Positions 1 through 8,648 of a DNA stretch of 28,542 bases are shown piece by piece. Below the pieces are notes generated by a model that made no database searches, was not told the DNA's origin, and saw nothing but the letters and a program-made list of their open reading frames with translations. The position numbers and the translations under genes are program-made. The DNA comes from a phage, in NCBI GenBank assembly GCA_012646845.1, contig GCA_012646845.1_4707.3; one strand, given 5' to 3'. The stretch's first letter is position 1. Every line of letters begins with the position of its first letter.

Positions 1-38
1 AACTGTCGGTAGTAATCAAGGTATTTAAGTTTTGCCAT
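1..38 (-). CDS. 5' end of a minus-strand gene that continues beyond the left edge of the window (product unknown)
   Basis: ATG at 36-38 on the minus strand (translation begins MAKLKYLDYY...), preceded by GGAG about 8 nt upstream, lying 4 nt downstream of the stop of the beta-prime-like gene. Only about 12 codons are visible. Confidence 0.3.
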   Translation of the reverse strand, partial: MAKLKYLDYYRQ

Positions 39-41
39 GGG

Positions 42-1730
42 TTAGGCTCCACGAGGTCCCGTTAAGTTGCGTAATAGGAACGCAACCGTATCGTAACCAA
101 TATCAATGTTGAATTTATTTTTACCACTTACCCAGAAAGCTCGCTTCTTGTGCGAGTTGGTAATTTCGTCAATGGCTTCCATGGAATAAAGAACGTTAAC
201 CGAGACCGTATCACCATCAAAGTCCCCACCAAGTCCGGCGAGGTATGGGGCAGGAACAATAGTAGTTTCTACGAACGAGGCATTAGGTAACCAGTCGGGG
301 TATTCCCATGCGATAAATCGTTCATCCGTTATTGGTTCCCAGTTACTATCCAGTTCGGTTTTCGGTTTTGCCGCAACGGTTGTACGCGCGTAACAGGTTA
401 ACGGGATAACGGATTGCATACCGGATACCGGATAACGTGTTACCATCGCAGCCAGGTTATTCCAGTACTTATATCCGGCAATATAGATAAGCTCGGTGTA
501 AGTAATGGGGTGAACATCCGCACCAGGCTTATTCAGCATCTCCGGAGGTAATTCACTCATGCCACGGAATAACCGAAACGAATCATTATTTACATAGACG
601 AGACAAAGATATCGTCCATTAACCATGATAGGTTCGTTACGCACGCCCGGATCGCTTAAGGTATTCAATAAGCGTTCTATTCCGTCCCATGTTGTAAAGT
701 CATCGATGGTGTCTGGATCAAGCGTAACACGTTCACGTTCCATCGTTTCGGTATCAATAAGTTCAACTTCTGTAACATCACGGACAAATATTTCCTGCAA
801 AATCCCCGTACGTAACGCATGTTGCGTTACAGGGAGAGCAGCTTTACTCATCTGGTATAACCCTAACTGAACTGCGGTACAGGAAGGCTGGTTAGGCGAC
901 CCTAGTACCTCTGTTGTGGGGTTAATTGCCGAAATAACGTTACGGGTTGAGTTCCAAACACGACGTGAGCCGAACTTCCCTTGGAAGATCCCTTTCTTAC
1001 CTTGGAACATGTCCAACAACAAAGCGTAGATATCGTTAAATGTTCTCTGTAAGCTCCAGCGCTGGCCGTCGTAAACGGGATCAGAATAATCTTTTAATCC
1101 ATCAGGGACGGTGTTGGAAATTGCAAGGAAACGACGATACAACTCCGTGATTTCTTGCTCGCTTTCATACCCGCCTTCTTTTACTTCTATTTCACGTAAA
1201 CCCGCAGGTAAAACCAGTAAGTGACGGGTCATCGCTTTGAACATGTTCTCTTCGACAACTTTAATTCGTAGCTCTCGTTGAGCTGAACCCGTTGAAACGA
1301 ACTTAATATCAGCTACGTGCTGTGCAAAGAACCCGTATCCTGTTTGTCCTGTTAACGCATCAGACGCAACGAAGTCGCGTTGTTCAGGATCCCAACGAGC
1401 GTACGCCTTTCCTGACATGATATCACCATAGAGGTGTTTTAGTCGAATGAGGCGGTCGTAAATGACAGGGTGCAGGATTTCAACCTTGCATTCAATCACC
1501 GCAAATCGACGGTCTCGGTCTTCACTGCCCGCACTACCAAAGATGGTGTAAGAATAGAAACCATCATCGTGGAAATTACCGGTGCTTGGGTCACGAATGC
1601 TCATGCTCGTGATCTTGGGGAGAAAACGTAACTGTTGTTTATCGAGGTGCAAAATGCTAATATTAAACGGCTCTCTGACTTTAGCCATGGAGACACTCCT
1701 CTTTACCACCACCGGCTGCGGCGGTATCAT
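42..1730 (-). CDS. Multisubunit RNA polymerase beta-prime-like subunit, N-terminal fragment (phage-encoded split RNAP)
   Basis: 562-aa ORF. The C-terminal region contains GGDFDGDTVSVNVLYSMEA (encoded around nt 212-226), matching the universal beta-prime active-site motif NADFDGD...V.V....EA. Strong SD (AAGAGGAG) about 7 nt upstream of the ATG at 1730. Confidence 0.7.
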   Translation of the reverse strand: MIPPQPVVVKRSVSMAKVREPFNISILHLDKQQLRFLPKITSMSIRDPSTGNFHDDGFYSYTIFGSAGSEDRDRRFAVIECKVEILHPVIYDRLIRLKHLYGDIMSGKAYARWDPEQRDFVASDALTGQTGYGFFAQHVADIKFVSTGSAQRELRIKVVEENMFKAMTRHLLVLPAGLREIEVKEGGYESEQEITELYRRFLAISNTVPDGLKDYSDPVYDGQRWSLQRTFNDIYALLLDMFQGKKGIFQGKFGSRRVWNSTRNVISAINPTTEVLGSPNQPSCTAVQLGLYQMSKAALPVTQHALRTGILQEIFVRDVTEVELIDTETMERERVTLDPDTIDDFTTWDGIERLLNTLSDPGVRNEPIMVNGRYLCLVYVNNDSFRLFRGMSELPPEMLNKPGADVHPITYTELIYIAGYKYWNNLAAMVTRYPVSGMQSVIPLTCYARTTVAAKPKTELDSNWEPITDERFIAWEYPDWLPNASFVETTIVPAPYLAGLGGDFDGDTVSVNVLYSMEAIDEITNSHKKRAFWVSGKNKFNIDIGYDTVAFLLRNLTGPRGA

Positions 1731-1933
1731 CTGAACACACGAGAGACGTAATGGGTGATGGCGTCACCCATCGCTTCCTTGCTTGAGGCGAGGAAGTTAT
1801 TAGGTTACGTGCCTGCCTGATTTTATCAGGTGGGCGATGTGTGAAGTTACGCTTCAACATTATCATTGCCGAAGGTAAACTTCGTGCATCACGTTCCAAC
1901 GTAACATGGGAACGTATCGAACTGGAGGTATAC

Positions 1934-4900
1934 ATGGTAGATAAAACCCGTGTTGAGGGTGATGATAATTGGGATAACTGGGATGATGACTTCTCCCTGG
2001 ATCTCGATTTTAACGAACCCAAAGACGATCGTAAACCGATAACCCGCTTTGCGGTAGGAGCGGTTAAAGGTGCTGCTGAGGATCTTACTTCCTACGAAAG
2101 AATGAAGGAGATCGCCAGAAACGCATTGCCTAAGGGCTACAGCGACGGTATGGATCTTATCGATTCCGCCGTCGGATCCACGAAGGAACTATACAATGAA
2201 GCCGTTCGTGACGTTCTTCCTAAGGTCCAAAGCTCAAAACGGTTAGCCGCACAACTGACCAAGAAATACCGTGCGAGCATGCCCGATTTCTCGAAGAAAA
2301 TTCTTGAGCAATGGGAGCGAGAAGCCAAGGAAGAAGACGAACGTAAACAAGCTGAAGAAACCCTTCGTCAGCGCATGGCGAACGCGGGGGACGATGAGAT
2401 CGCCCGCAAGGTTGCCGAGGCATTAGGCGAATCAGCAAACCAAAGCGCGGATCAGTTTGCTGAACAGCAAGCGAAAGAAAGTATCCGTGACGATATCGCT
2501 GACAAACGGTACGCTGTAACCAACAAGCAAATGAGTGCGATGCAAGAAGGCGTCGCCAAGATGGTTGGTTTCAACAACGAATTTGCTGCGCGCTATATGC
2601 GTAAAAGCCTGGAACTGAAATATCGTTCCTTAGCGATACAACGCGCAAGTTTCGACCAGCATAAAAAGTTAGCCGAAGTCTATATCGGTTTATTACAAAA
2701 CATCCAGAAGAATACGGCTTTACCTGATGCGGCTAAAGCAAAAATGTCGGAAGAATTCCGTCGTAGTGCATACCAACGTTTCTTTGGTAATGCGTTAGAT
2801 GCGATGGGTTCTTTCGAGAACCGTTTCTTTGCCGATGTTAAGAAGAACCTCGCCACCAACGCATTAGGTGCTTTAAAAGGCGTCGTGTCTGGCGCAAACG
2901 ATGCGTTATACGGTTTAAACGAAGCACGTGACTCGATGTCCATGATGGACGGGATGGGGTCAGAAGGCGATATTAAGGAAATGCAAGGAAAGATGTTGGG
3001 TCAGTTCATTGGCTCAACTGTCGCGCCGTGGATGGCTAATAAAGGCAGGATGGCGTTACGCGATTTAGCAAAACGTCACCCCAATGCTAAATTCGCTAGC
3101 GCATTAAAAGCCGTGGATCAAGGTGGTGAGGCTGCCGCTTACACGACGCGTAATCTCGGTAAACTGCTCCAGGAAGATATTCGTAAGAACGAATTCAATC
3201 TTAGCGATCCATTTTACAAGCAATTGTTACGCGGCGCAGGGCGTTGGGCGTTCAACATGGACAGTGGACGTAACTTCCGTGTGATGAACGACACCGCTGA
3301 AACACTGGCAGAGCAAACATCTTTCGACGGTTTAACTTACCGCAGTATCAATGAAGTTATTCCTGGTTTTCTTGCACGCATTCTGAAAAGCAGTGAAGGT
3401 ATCCGCACAGGAAACAGCGATCCTGACTACGAGGTCTATGACGGCATCAGCGGGCAATTCGTGTCTCAGCGCACGCGCGAGCAAAGCGTCAACGACACGC
3501 TGTTTAACAAACGTTCATTTGGTTATTACGCCAGCCGTTTCAACGAGGTTATCTCGGTCATCGATCCTGATAAGCAATTATCGGAAAAAGCCAGGAAGGC
3601 ACTGGCCAAGCAGTTGGCACGAGATAGCGACGCGAACATCGCATTCGACCCGGCTCGTTTTACGGATGAAAGCAACTTCGATCGTAGCATTGATCGTGAC
3701 GCTATTAAGGAACTTTCCACGTACTTTCGTGACCGTTACGGTATTCGTGATGATGTCAACGATAAGGGCGAACGCCATCAGGTCATTGGAAACCGCGGGC
3801 AATATTACACGGAACGTAACCGAGCCGATCTTCGTTACGGTAATCTGAAATCTTTACAACCGGATATCCAGCGTAACCTTAACCTGCTGAAACGTACTGG
3901 TGATGTCCAATATCTGGAACGGATCGGGATTGTAACGAGAAATAGCGACGGGAGCTACTCGGTTAATCACGATCGATATTTCTCTGAAATTGATCAATAC
4001 ATCGACAGACCAGAGTACGCTGACCGCGGCGATGTCAATACACGATTAACTGCTCAGGAAACAAGAGCACTGGCGCTGGGTTATCGTGACGCAAAACCAT
4101 CAGCTGGTGACGTCCAAAATACGGGTCTGCCGAACATCGATCGTAAGGCTGCTGGAACAGTAACCATTGATGAAAACATCGGCTACGATAAATGGTGGAA
4201 CGACGCAGGTGTTATCACCACATCGCTTGAAGAACAGAATCGAGCGTGGCAAGAGCTTTATCTCGAGGCGTTGTCCGAAGCATCCGAACAACGTGTTGAA
4301 ATGCTTGCGTTGCTGAAAGCCATTTCTGAGAAAGACTGGTCTAATAACGTTTCGCTGGATGGCGAAGACGTACCTGAAGGTGCAGCGCCCATTTCATTTA
4401 TCGATCGCACCAAACAAAAGCTCGGCACACGCAACCTCTTTAAAGGCGGTCGTAATCTCCTCTGGAAAGGAATTAAAAATACCGCACGGTTGGGTGTTAA
4501 AGGTGCACGCTGGGGTGCAGAACGTACACTAGGTAGTTTGGTAAATTCCGGCAGACGTATTATCGATTTCAACCGTTTTGTGTTCGGCGCATTATCCAAG
4601 GTTGATCAGGTTCCGTTTGACATTTACGTTAAAGGGGAATCCCAACCACGCATATTGGCTGCCAAACTTCGTCAGGGGTTATACTTCGACGAAGCGACAG
4701 GAAAAGCCGTAAAACGAATGAAGGATATCAAAGGCCCACTCGTTGATGCGGATGGAAACATCGTAATCAGCAACGAGGATATCGAGAAAGGGTTGGTCAC
4801 TCGCGCTGGTCGCGCCTTTGAGAATTCAGGACTTAAAGCGTGGGCGCATGAGGGTCTTAATGGAATCACGACGGTATTAAGTCTGCCACGGATGTTAAAA

Positions 4901-7900
4901 CGCGGCGCGGTTGAGATCTACAAACAGCTCGACAAAACGCCCGACGTTTACGTCAAGGGAGAATCAACGCCTCGTCTATTATCCATGGTGTTAGCGGCGG
5001 GTGGGTATTTCCGTCGCTCCGACGGACAAACCATCAAAAATCTTGAAGACATCGATGGCGATGTTGTTGATGCACAAGGTAACGTCGTACTTACGCTTGC
5101 CGACATGCAGAAAGGACTTGTCGATAAATACGGTAAAGCGATTCGGCGCTTAAAAGAAAAGCTTATCAACTTCGGTGTAAAAGCTTTTACGTTACCGTTA
5201 ACGCTGTTACGTAAGACAAAGGACATCCTTAAAACCCTTCCAGGTAAAACCGTTAACGGCCTACGACGGATGGGATTAAATTTCCAATCACCTGACGCAT
5301 TACTGGTGGGAACAACATCGAGCATGGTAGATCGTCTCGATGCTATTTACCAGCTTCTTGACCAACGTATGCCGGGTGGCGATAGGGATTATCGCGATTG
5401 GAATGGGGATGGTGTTCGAGAAGGATCGTTGGAAGACCTGAAACGTAAGCGTGAAGCCAAGGAAAACGGTAAGGATGGCACCGGCAAAGATTCCAATAAA
5501 GGAGAAGAAAAGGAGAAGAAACGAGGATTACTCGGAAGCCTTTTCGATATGCTTGGCGATACCGCATTAGGTAAACGACTCATGGCGAGTCCGCTTGGAA
5601 AAATTCTAGGTGGTCTTGGGGCGGTGTTAAGTGGCGGAGCATCGTTAACCGGATTGTTGGGTAAGGGTCTCATTAGTGGAACCGGCGCGCTAGTCAAGGG
5701 AGGACTAAGTGCGGCAGGATGGTTAGGACGTGGTGCGTTAATGGCGGGCGGGGCCGCATTGAACGCTGTTGGCGGGTTATCGGGATTAGGCGCATTCCTT
5801 ATATCACCTGTTGGGCTTGCTATTGCAGGTGGTGCATTGGCTGCTTATGCGGGATGGAAGATCTATCAGCATTTCGCCGAGAAGCCTGACCCGATGCAGA
5901 AGCTCCGTCTTATTGCGTACGGTGCAAAAGGGGACGATAAAGACTTCAATAAGAAGCTGCTTGCGACAGAAACATACCTCACCGACCACGTGGTTATGAC
6001 CGGGGATACCATCGGATTCGATCCGAAAGCCGACTCGGAAAAGATTCTCGAAATCTGGGAATTGTCTCTGGAAGATTCCGACCGAATGAACGAATGGAAA
6101 CGCTGGTATCTGCATCGTTTTATTCCTGTTTTCGCTCGTGCGTACAAACTCTGGAAAGAGCATATGCCGGACGAGAAGAAATACATGGAAATGGATAAAT
6201 ATCCGAACGGTGAGAACAAAGTGAAATGGTCGGAAGCGTTTATCTGGCCTTCCGATAGTCCTGACGGTCCGTATTACGTCGAAGCTAACCCGTTGGGTTC
6301 TTCTGGTGCGACGCGTTATATTGCTGGTCAAGACGTCAAAACCTTGATGCTGAAACAACTCGAAGCCATCAAGAAAGAGTACCAGAATCAGATCAAACAA
6401 TACTCTCATGATGAGGCTATTGCTGATTGGTCACGGATGTCTGACACACAACGTAAATCCGTTGCGCCTAACGCATTACGCGGTCAGAAAGCGTCGTTAC
6501 GTTTTAACGATAAACGTTATAACAGTGCTGGCGCTAAAGGACGACAGAAGCTTGACGCAACCGCGGTTATTGAAAGCGTAGACCGTCGTGGTAGAAAATG
6601 GGTCGCCGGTGGATACATCGATGAACTCACCAGTCTTCGTGTTCGTGCGTACGGTATTAAGGTTCCGTTGTTAAGTCAGATAAAAGTGCTGATGGAACTC
6701 GAAGACGCTGTAGAACCCGGTGTTGTCGCTGAAGGTAAAGGTGTTAAATACGGTGGCGATCTTGTCGCGCTCTACAAGAAATTCGCGACGAAGTTCGGAA
6801 GAGACGTTAACAGCAAGCAGGATCAGGATATCTGGTTTGCTTGGATGAATAACCGTTTCCTGCCCGTCTTTTTAACCTATTACCAGCACGTTAGCGACAT
6901 GGGTGGCCAAGGTCTTCTGTCCGATGTGGTACAGAACCTGAAAGACAGCCAACGCTGGGAGATCGGTGAGGCACTTGTCGCAACGCAATACCGTGATGAG
7001 AAAGGTGCACTCCAGCCTGTATGGTCCTGGAATAGTTGTGGTTTCTCCGGTACTGAAGCTAACACCACCAGCAGTTCAACAAAGAGCCAACTCGATCTGT
7101 TAAAAGAATATGCGGATAAAGAGAAGGTTCGTGAGAAGAACGCGGAAGCATCGCAAGAGGATACCGATAAATTATCGAAGATCCAAGAGCTGATGATGAA
7201 GCAGGCTGGGTACGAGAAGAAAGACGGTGTCTGGCAGAAGAAATCACGCATTACCGGTGGGATGAGTAACTCCGAAGCGAATTACAACCCCAATGGGAAT
7301 AGGGTAGGTGCAAGCAGCTTTACCGCTTCAGCTACTTCCAGTGCGGGATTGGGGTCAACCGGCGATCTTACCGGATTGCCTAACATGGGCTTACAGAAAC
7401 CTGCAACGGGACCAGGTCCCGAAGCTGGACGTCGTGCGCTTGTTAAATCCGCTGTGAAACGCGGTATTACCGATCCAATGGAAATGGCGATGTTCCTTGC
7501 AAACATCGAACATGAATCGGGGAACTACACTCACGTACGTGAGGGGAACTATAAGACACCAGAGCGTCTTAAACAGGTCTTCCCTTACAAATTCCGTGAC
7601 GTGCAGGATGCAGCGCAGACGATTAGCATGGGGCCGGAAGCGGTATTCGAACGCGTGTACGGTAATCGTAAAGACTTAGGGAACACGCAGAAAGGAGACG
7701 GTGCGAAGTATTTAGGACGTGGCTTCATTCAGGTTACCGGTAAAGCTAACTACGCTCGTCTGTCCAAGACCTTGAATAAAGATCTTGTCAGCGATCCATC
7801 ATACCTGGAAACGCCGGAAGGTGCGGCGGAAGGTAGTGTCGCGTGGTGGCTCAACCGAGGCAATGTGTTACGCGATCCTGCGAAACGGGGTGATGTGCGC

Positions 7901-8599
7901 CAAGTTCGTTATCTGGTTAACGGCGGCTATAATGGATTACGTGATGTTGAACAGCGCTCTGCTTATTGGATTCAGGCGGCTAAGAACGGCACCCTGAAGA
8001 AAATGATGGACGAGTTATCAGGGTCAACATCCGACGATCAAGCTGAAGGACCGACCACTGCCGAACAGGTGAAGAACGAAGCAGCACAAGAGGCAAACGG
8101 AACACCTGCTGTAAGCAACGATCCGCAAGCCCCAGCACCTTCTACCACCCCTGAAGCTAAACCGTCGGCGGCTGCCGGTACGGCTCCAGCACCCGGAGAA
8201 GCATCACCAACGCCTGGAAGTTTCGAAACAGCGAAAGCTGCGGTAGGACAACCGACATCAACGCCAGCACTTAGCGATTTGCCGTCAAACCCCGGCGCAA
8301 ATCGAGGGATATCGGTTCCGAATACACCCGCACAGGTCGCGCAGTCTGCGACACAAACATCGGTCGCGAGTGAGAACTTCTACGGTAGCGCAGGTGAAAT
8401 TCTCCGACAGCAGCTGACCACGCAGCAGAACATCGAGAAGAACACCGGTAGAACGAATGAACTTATTTCGGAATTAATCCAAGCCGTTAAGGGTTCTTCT
8501 ATCGGTAAGGGTTCTGCAAGTCCTTCTCAACAACAGGCGATGTCGCTACCTAATCGTCCGCAAGGAATCTCTCCAACACGGACAAGGTACGCACAGTAG
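1934..8599 (+). CDS. Giant virion-associated protein (~2,221 aa) with glycine-rich hydrophobic segment and GH19-like peptidoglycan hydrolase domain
   Basis: Single uninterrupted ORF. The track starts it at GTG 1841; I prefer ATG 1934, preceded by GGAGG (1924-1928) at 5-nt spacing. Motifs FLANIEHESGNY...YLGRGFIQVTGKANY (nt ~7490-7760) resemble GH19 lysozyme/chitinase signatures. Gly/Ala/Leu-rich hydrophobic stretch at nt ~5515-5880. P/A/S/T-rich linker at nt ~8040-8330. Hairpin terminator follows. Confidence 0.8.
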   Translation: MVDKTRVEGDDNWDNWDDDFSLDLDFNEPKDDRKPITRFAVGAVKGAAEDLTSYERMKEIARNALPKGYSDGMDLIDSAVGSTKELYNEAVRDVLPKVQSSKRLAAQLTKKYRASMPDFSKKILEQWEREAKEEDERKQAEETLRQRMANAGDDEIARKVAEALGESANQSADQFAEQQAKESIRDDIADKRYAVTNKQMSAMQEGVAKMVGFNNEFAARYMRKSLELKYRSLAIQRASFDQHKKLAEVYIGLLQNIQKNTALPDAAKAKMSEEFRRSAYQRFFGNALDAMGSFENRFFADVKKNLATNALGALKGVVSGANDALYGLNEARDSMSMMDGMGSEGDIKEMQGKMLGQFIGSTVAPWMANKGRMALRDLAKRHPNAKFASALKAVDQGGEAAAYTTRNLGKLLQEDIRKNEFNLSDPFYKQLLRGAGRWAFNMDSGRNFRVMNDTAETLAEQTSFDGLTYRSINEVIPGFLARILKSSEGIRTGNSDPDYEVYDGISGQFVSQRTREQSVNDTLFNKRSFGYYASRFNEVISVIDPDKQLSEKARKALAKQLARDSDANIAFDPARFTDESNFDRSIDRDAIKELSTYFRDRYGIRDDVNDKGERHQVIGNRGQYYTERNRADLRYGNLKSLQPDIQRNLNLLKRTGDVQYLERIGIVTRNSDGSYSVNHDRYFSEIDQYIDRPEYADRGDVNTRLTAQETRALALGYRDAKPSAGDVQNTGLPNIDRKAAGTVTIDENIGYDKWWNDAGVITTSLEEQNRAWQELYLEALSEASEQRVEMLALLKAISEKDWSNNVSLDGEDVPEGAAPISFIDRTKQKLGTRNLFKGGRNLLWKGIKNTARLGVKGARWGAERTLGSLVNSGRRIIDFNRFVFGALSKVDQVPFDIYVKGESQPRILAAKLRQGLYFDEATGKAVKRMKDIKGPLVDADGNIVISNEDIEKGLVTRAGRAFENSGLKAWAHEGLNGITTVLSLPRMLKRGAVEIYKQLDKTPDVYVKGESTPRLLSMVLAAGGYFRRSDGQTIKNLEDIDGDVVDAQGNVVLTLADMQKGLVDKYGKAIRRLKEKLINFGVKAFTLPLTLLRKTKDILKTLPGKTVNGLRRMGLNFQSPDALLVGTTSSMVDRLDAIYQLLDQRMPGGDRDYRDWNGDGVREGSLEDLKRKREAKENGKDGTGKDSNKGEEKEKKRGLLGSLFDMLGDTALGKRLMASPLGKILGGLGAVLSGGASLTGLLGKGLISGTGALVKGGLSAAGWLGRGALMAGGAALNAVGGLSGLGAFLISPVGLAIAGGALAAYAGWKIYQHFAEKPDPMQKLRLIAYGAKGDDKDFNKKLLATETYLTDHVVMTGDTIGFDPKADSEKILEIWELSLEDSDRMNEWKRWYLHRFIPVFARAYKLWKEHMPDEKKYMEMDKYPNGENKVKWSEAFIWPSDSPDGPYYVEANPLGSSGATRYIAGQDVKTLMLKQLEAIKKEYQNQIKQYSHDEAIADWSRMSDTQRKSVAPNALRGQKASLRFNDKRYNSAGAKGRQKLDATAVIESVDRRGRKWVAGGYIDELTSLRVRAYGIKVPLLSQIKVLMELEDAVEPGVVAEGKGVKYGGDLVALYKKFATKFGRDVNSKQDQDIWFAWMNNRFLPVFLTYYQHVSDMGGQGLLSDVVQNLKDSQRWEIGEALVATQYRDEKGALQPVWSWNSCGFSGTEANTTSSSTKSQLDLLKEYADKEKVREKNAEASQEDTDKLSKIQELMMKQAGYEKKDGVWQKKSRITGGMSNSEANYNPNGNRVGASSFTASATSSAGLGSTGDLTGLPNMGLQKPATGPGPEAGRRALVKSAVKRGITDPMEMAMFLANIEHESGNYTHVREGNYKTPERLKQVFPYKFRDVQDAAQTISMGPEAVFERVYGNRKDLGNTQKGDGAKYLGRGFIQVTGKANYARLSKTLNKDLVSDPSYLETPEGAAEGSVAWWLNRGNVLRDPAKRGDVRQVRYLVNGGYNGLRDVEQRSAYWIQAAKNGTLKKMMDELSGSTSDDQAEGPTTAEQVKNEAAQEANGTPAVSNDPQAPAPSTTPEAKPSAAAGTAPAPGEASPTPGSFETAKAAVGQPTSTPALSDLPSNPGANRGISVPNTPAQVAQSATQTSVASENFYGSAGEILRQQLTTQQNIEKNTGRTNELISELIQAVKGSSIGKGSASPSQQQAMSLPNRPQGISPTRTRYAQ

Positions 8600-8610
8600 T
8601 CATTAGTTAA

Positions 8611-8637
8611 GGGCGGGAGATTCCCGCCCTCTTCTTG
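8611..8637 (+). terminator. Hairpin terminator after the giant gene
   Basis: GGGCGGGAG-att-CCCGCCC stem-loop (8611-8629) followed by TCTTCTT, 12 nt after the TAG stop. Confidence 0.5.
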
Positions 8638-8648
8638 AGGAATGTTAC

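Noticed and set aside
1891-1915. Hairpin ACGTTCC-N11-GGAACGT in the 5' leader of the giant gene, about 20 nt upstream of its SD.
   Set aside because: Short 7-bp stem with a large loop; it lies within the N-terminal extension allowed by the GTG 1841 start and could be chance. Not enough evidence for a regulatory call.
1681-8599. Many 60-200 aa ORFs on the opposite strand or in alternative frames inside the giant gene and the 713-aa gene (for example 5804-6409 minus, 4258-4599 minus, 9589-9867 plus).
   Set aside because: They are fully nested within long ORFs that have clear SDs and recognisable motifs, have no start context of their own, and are the kind of shadow ORF expected in coding DNA of this GC content.
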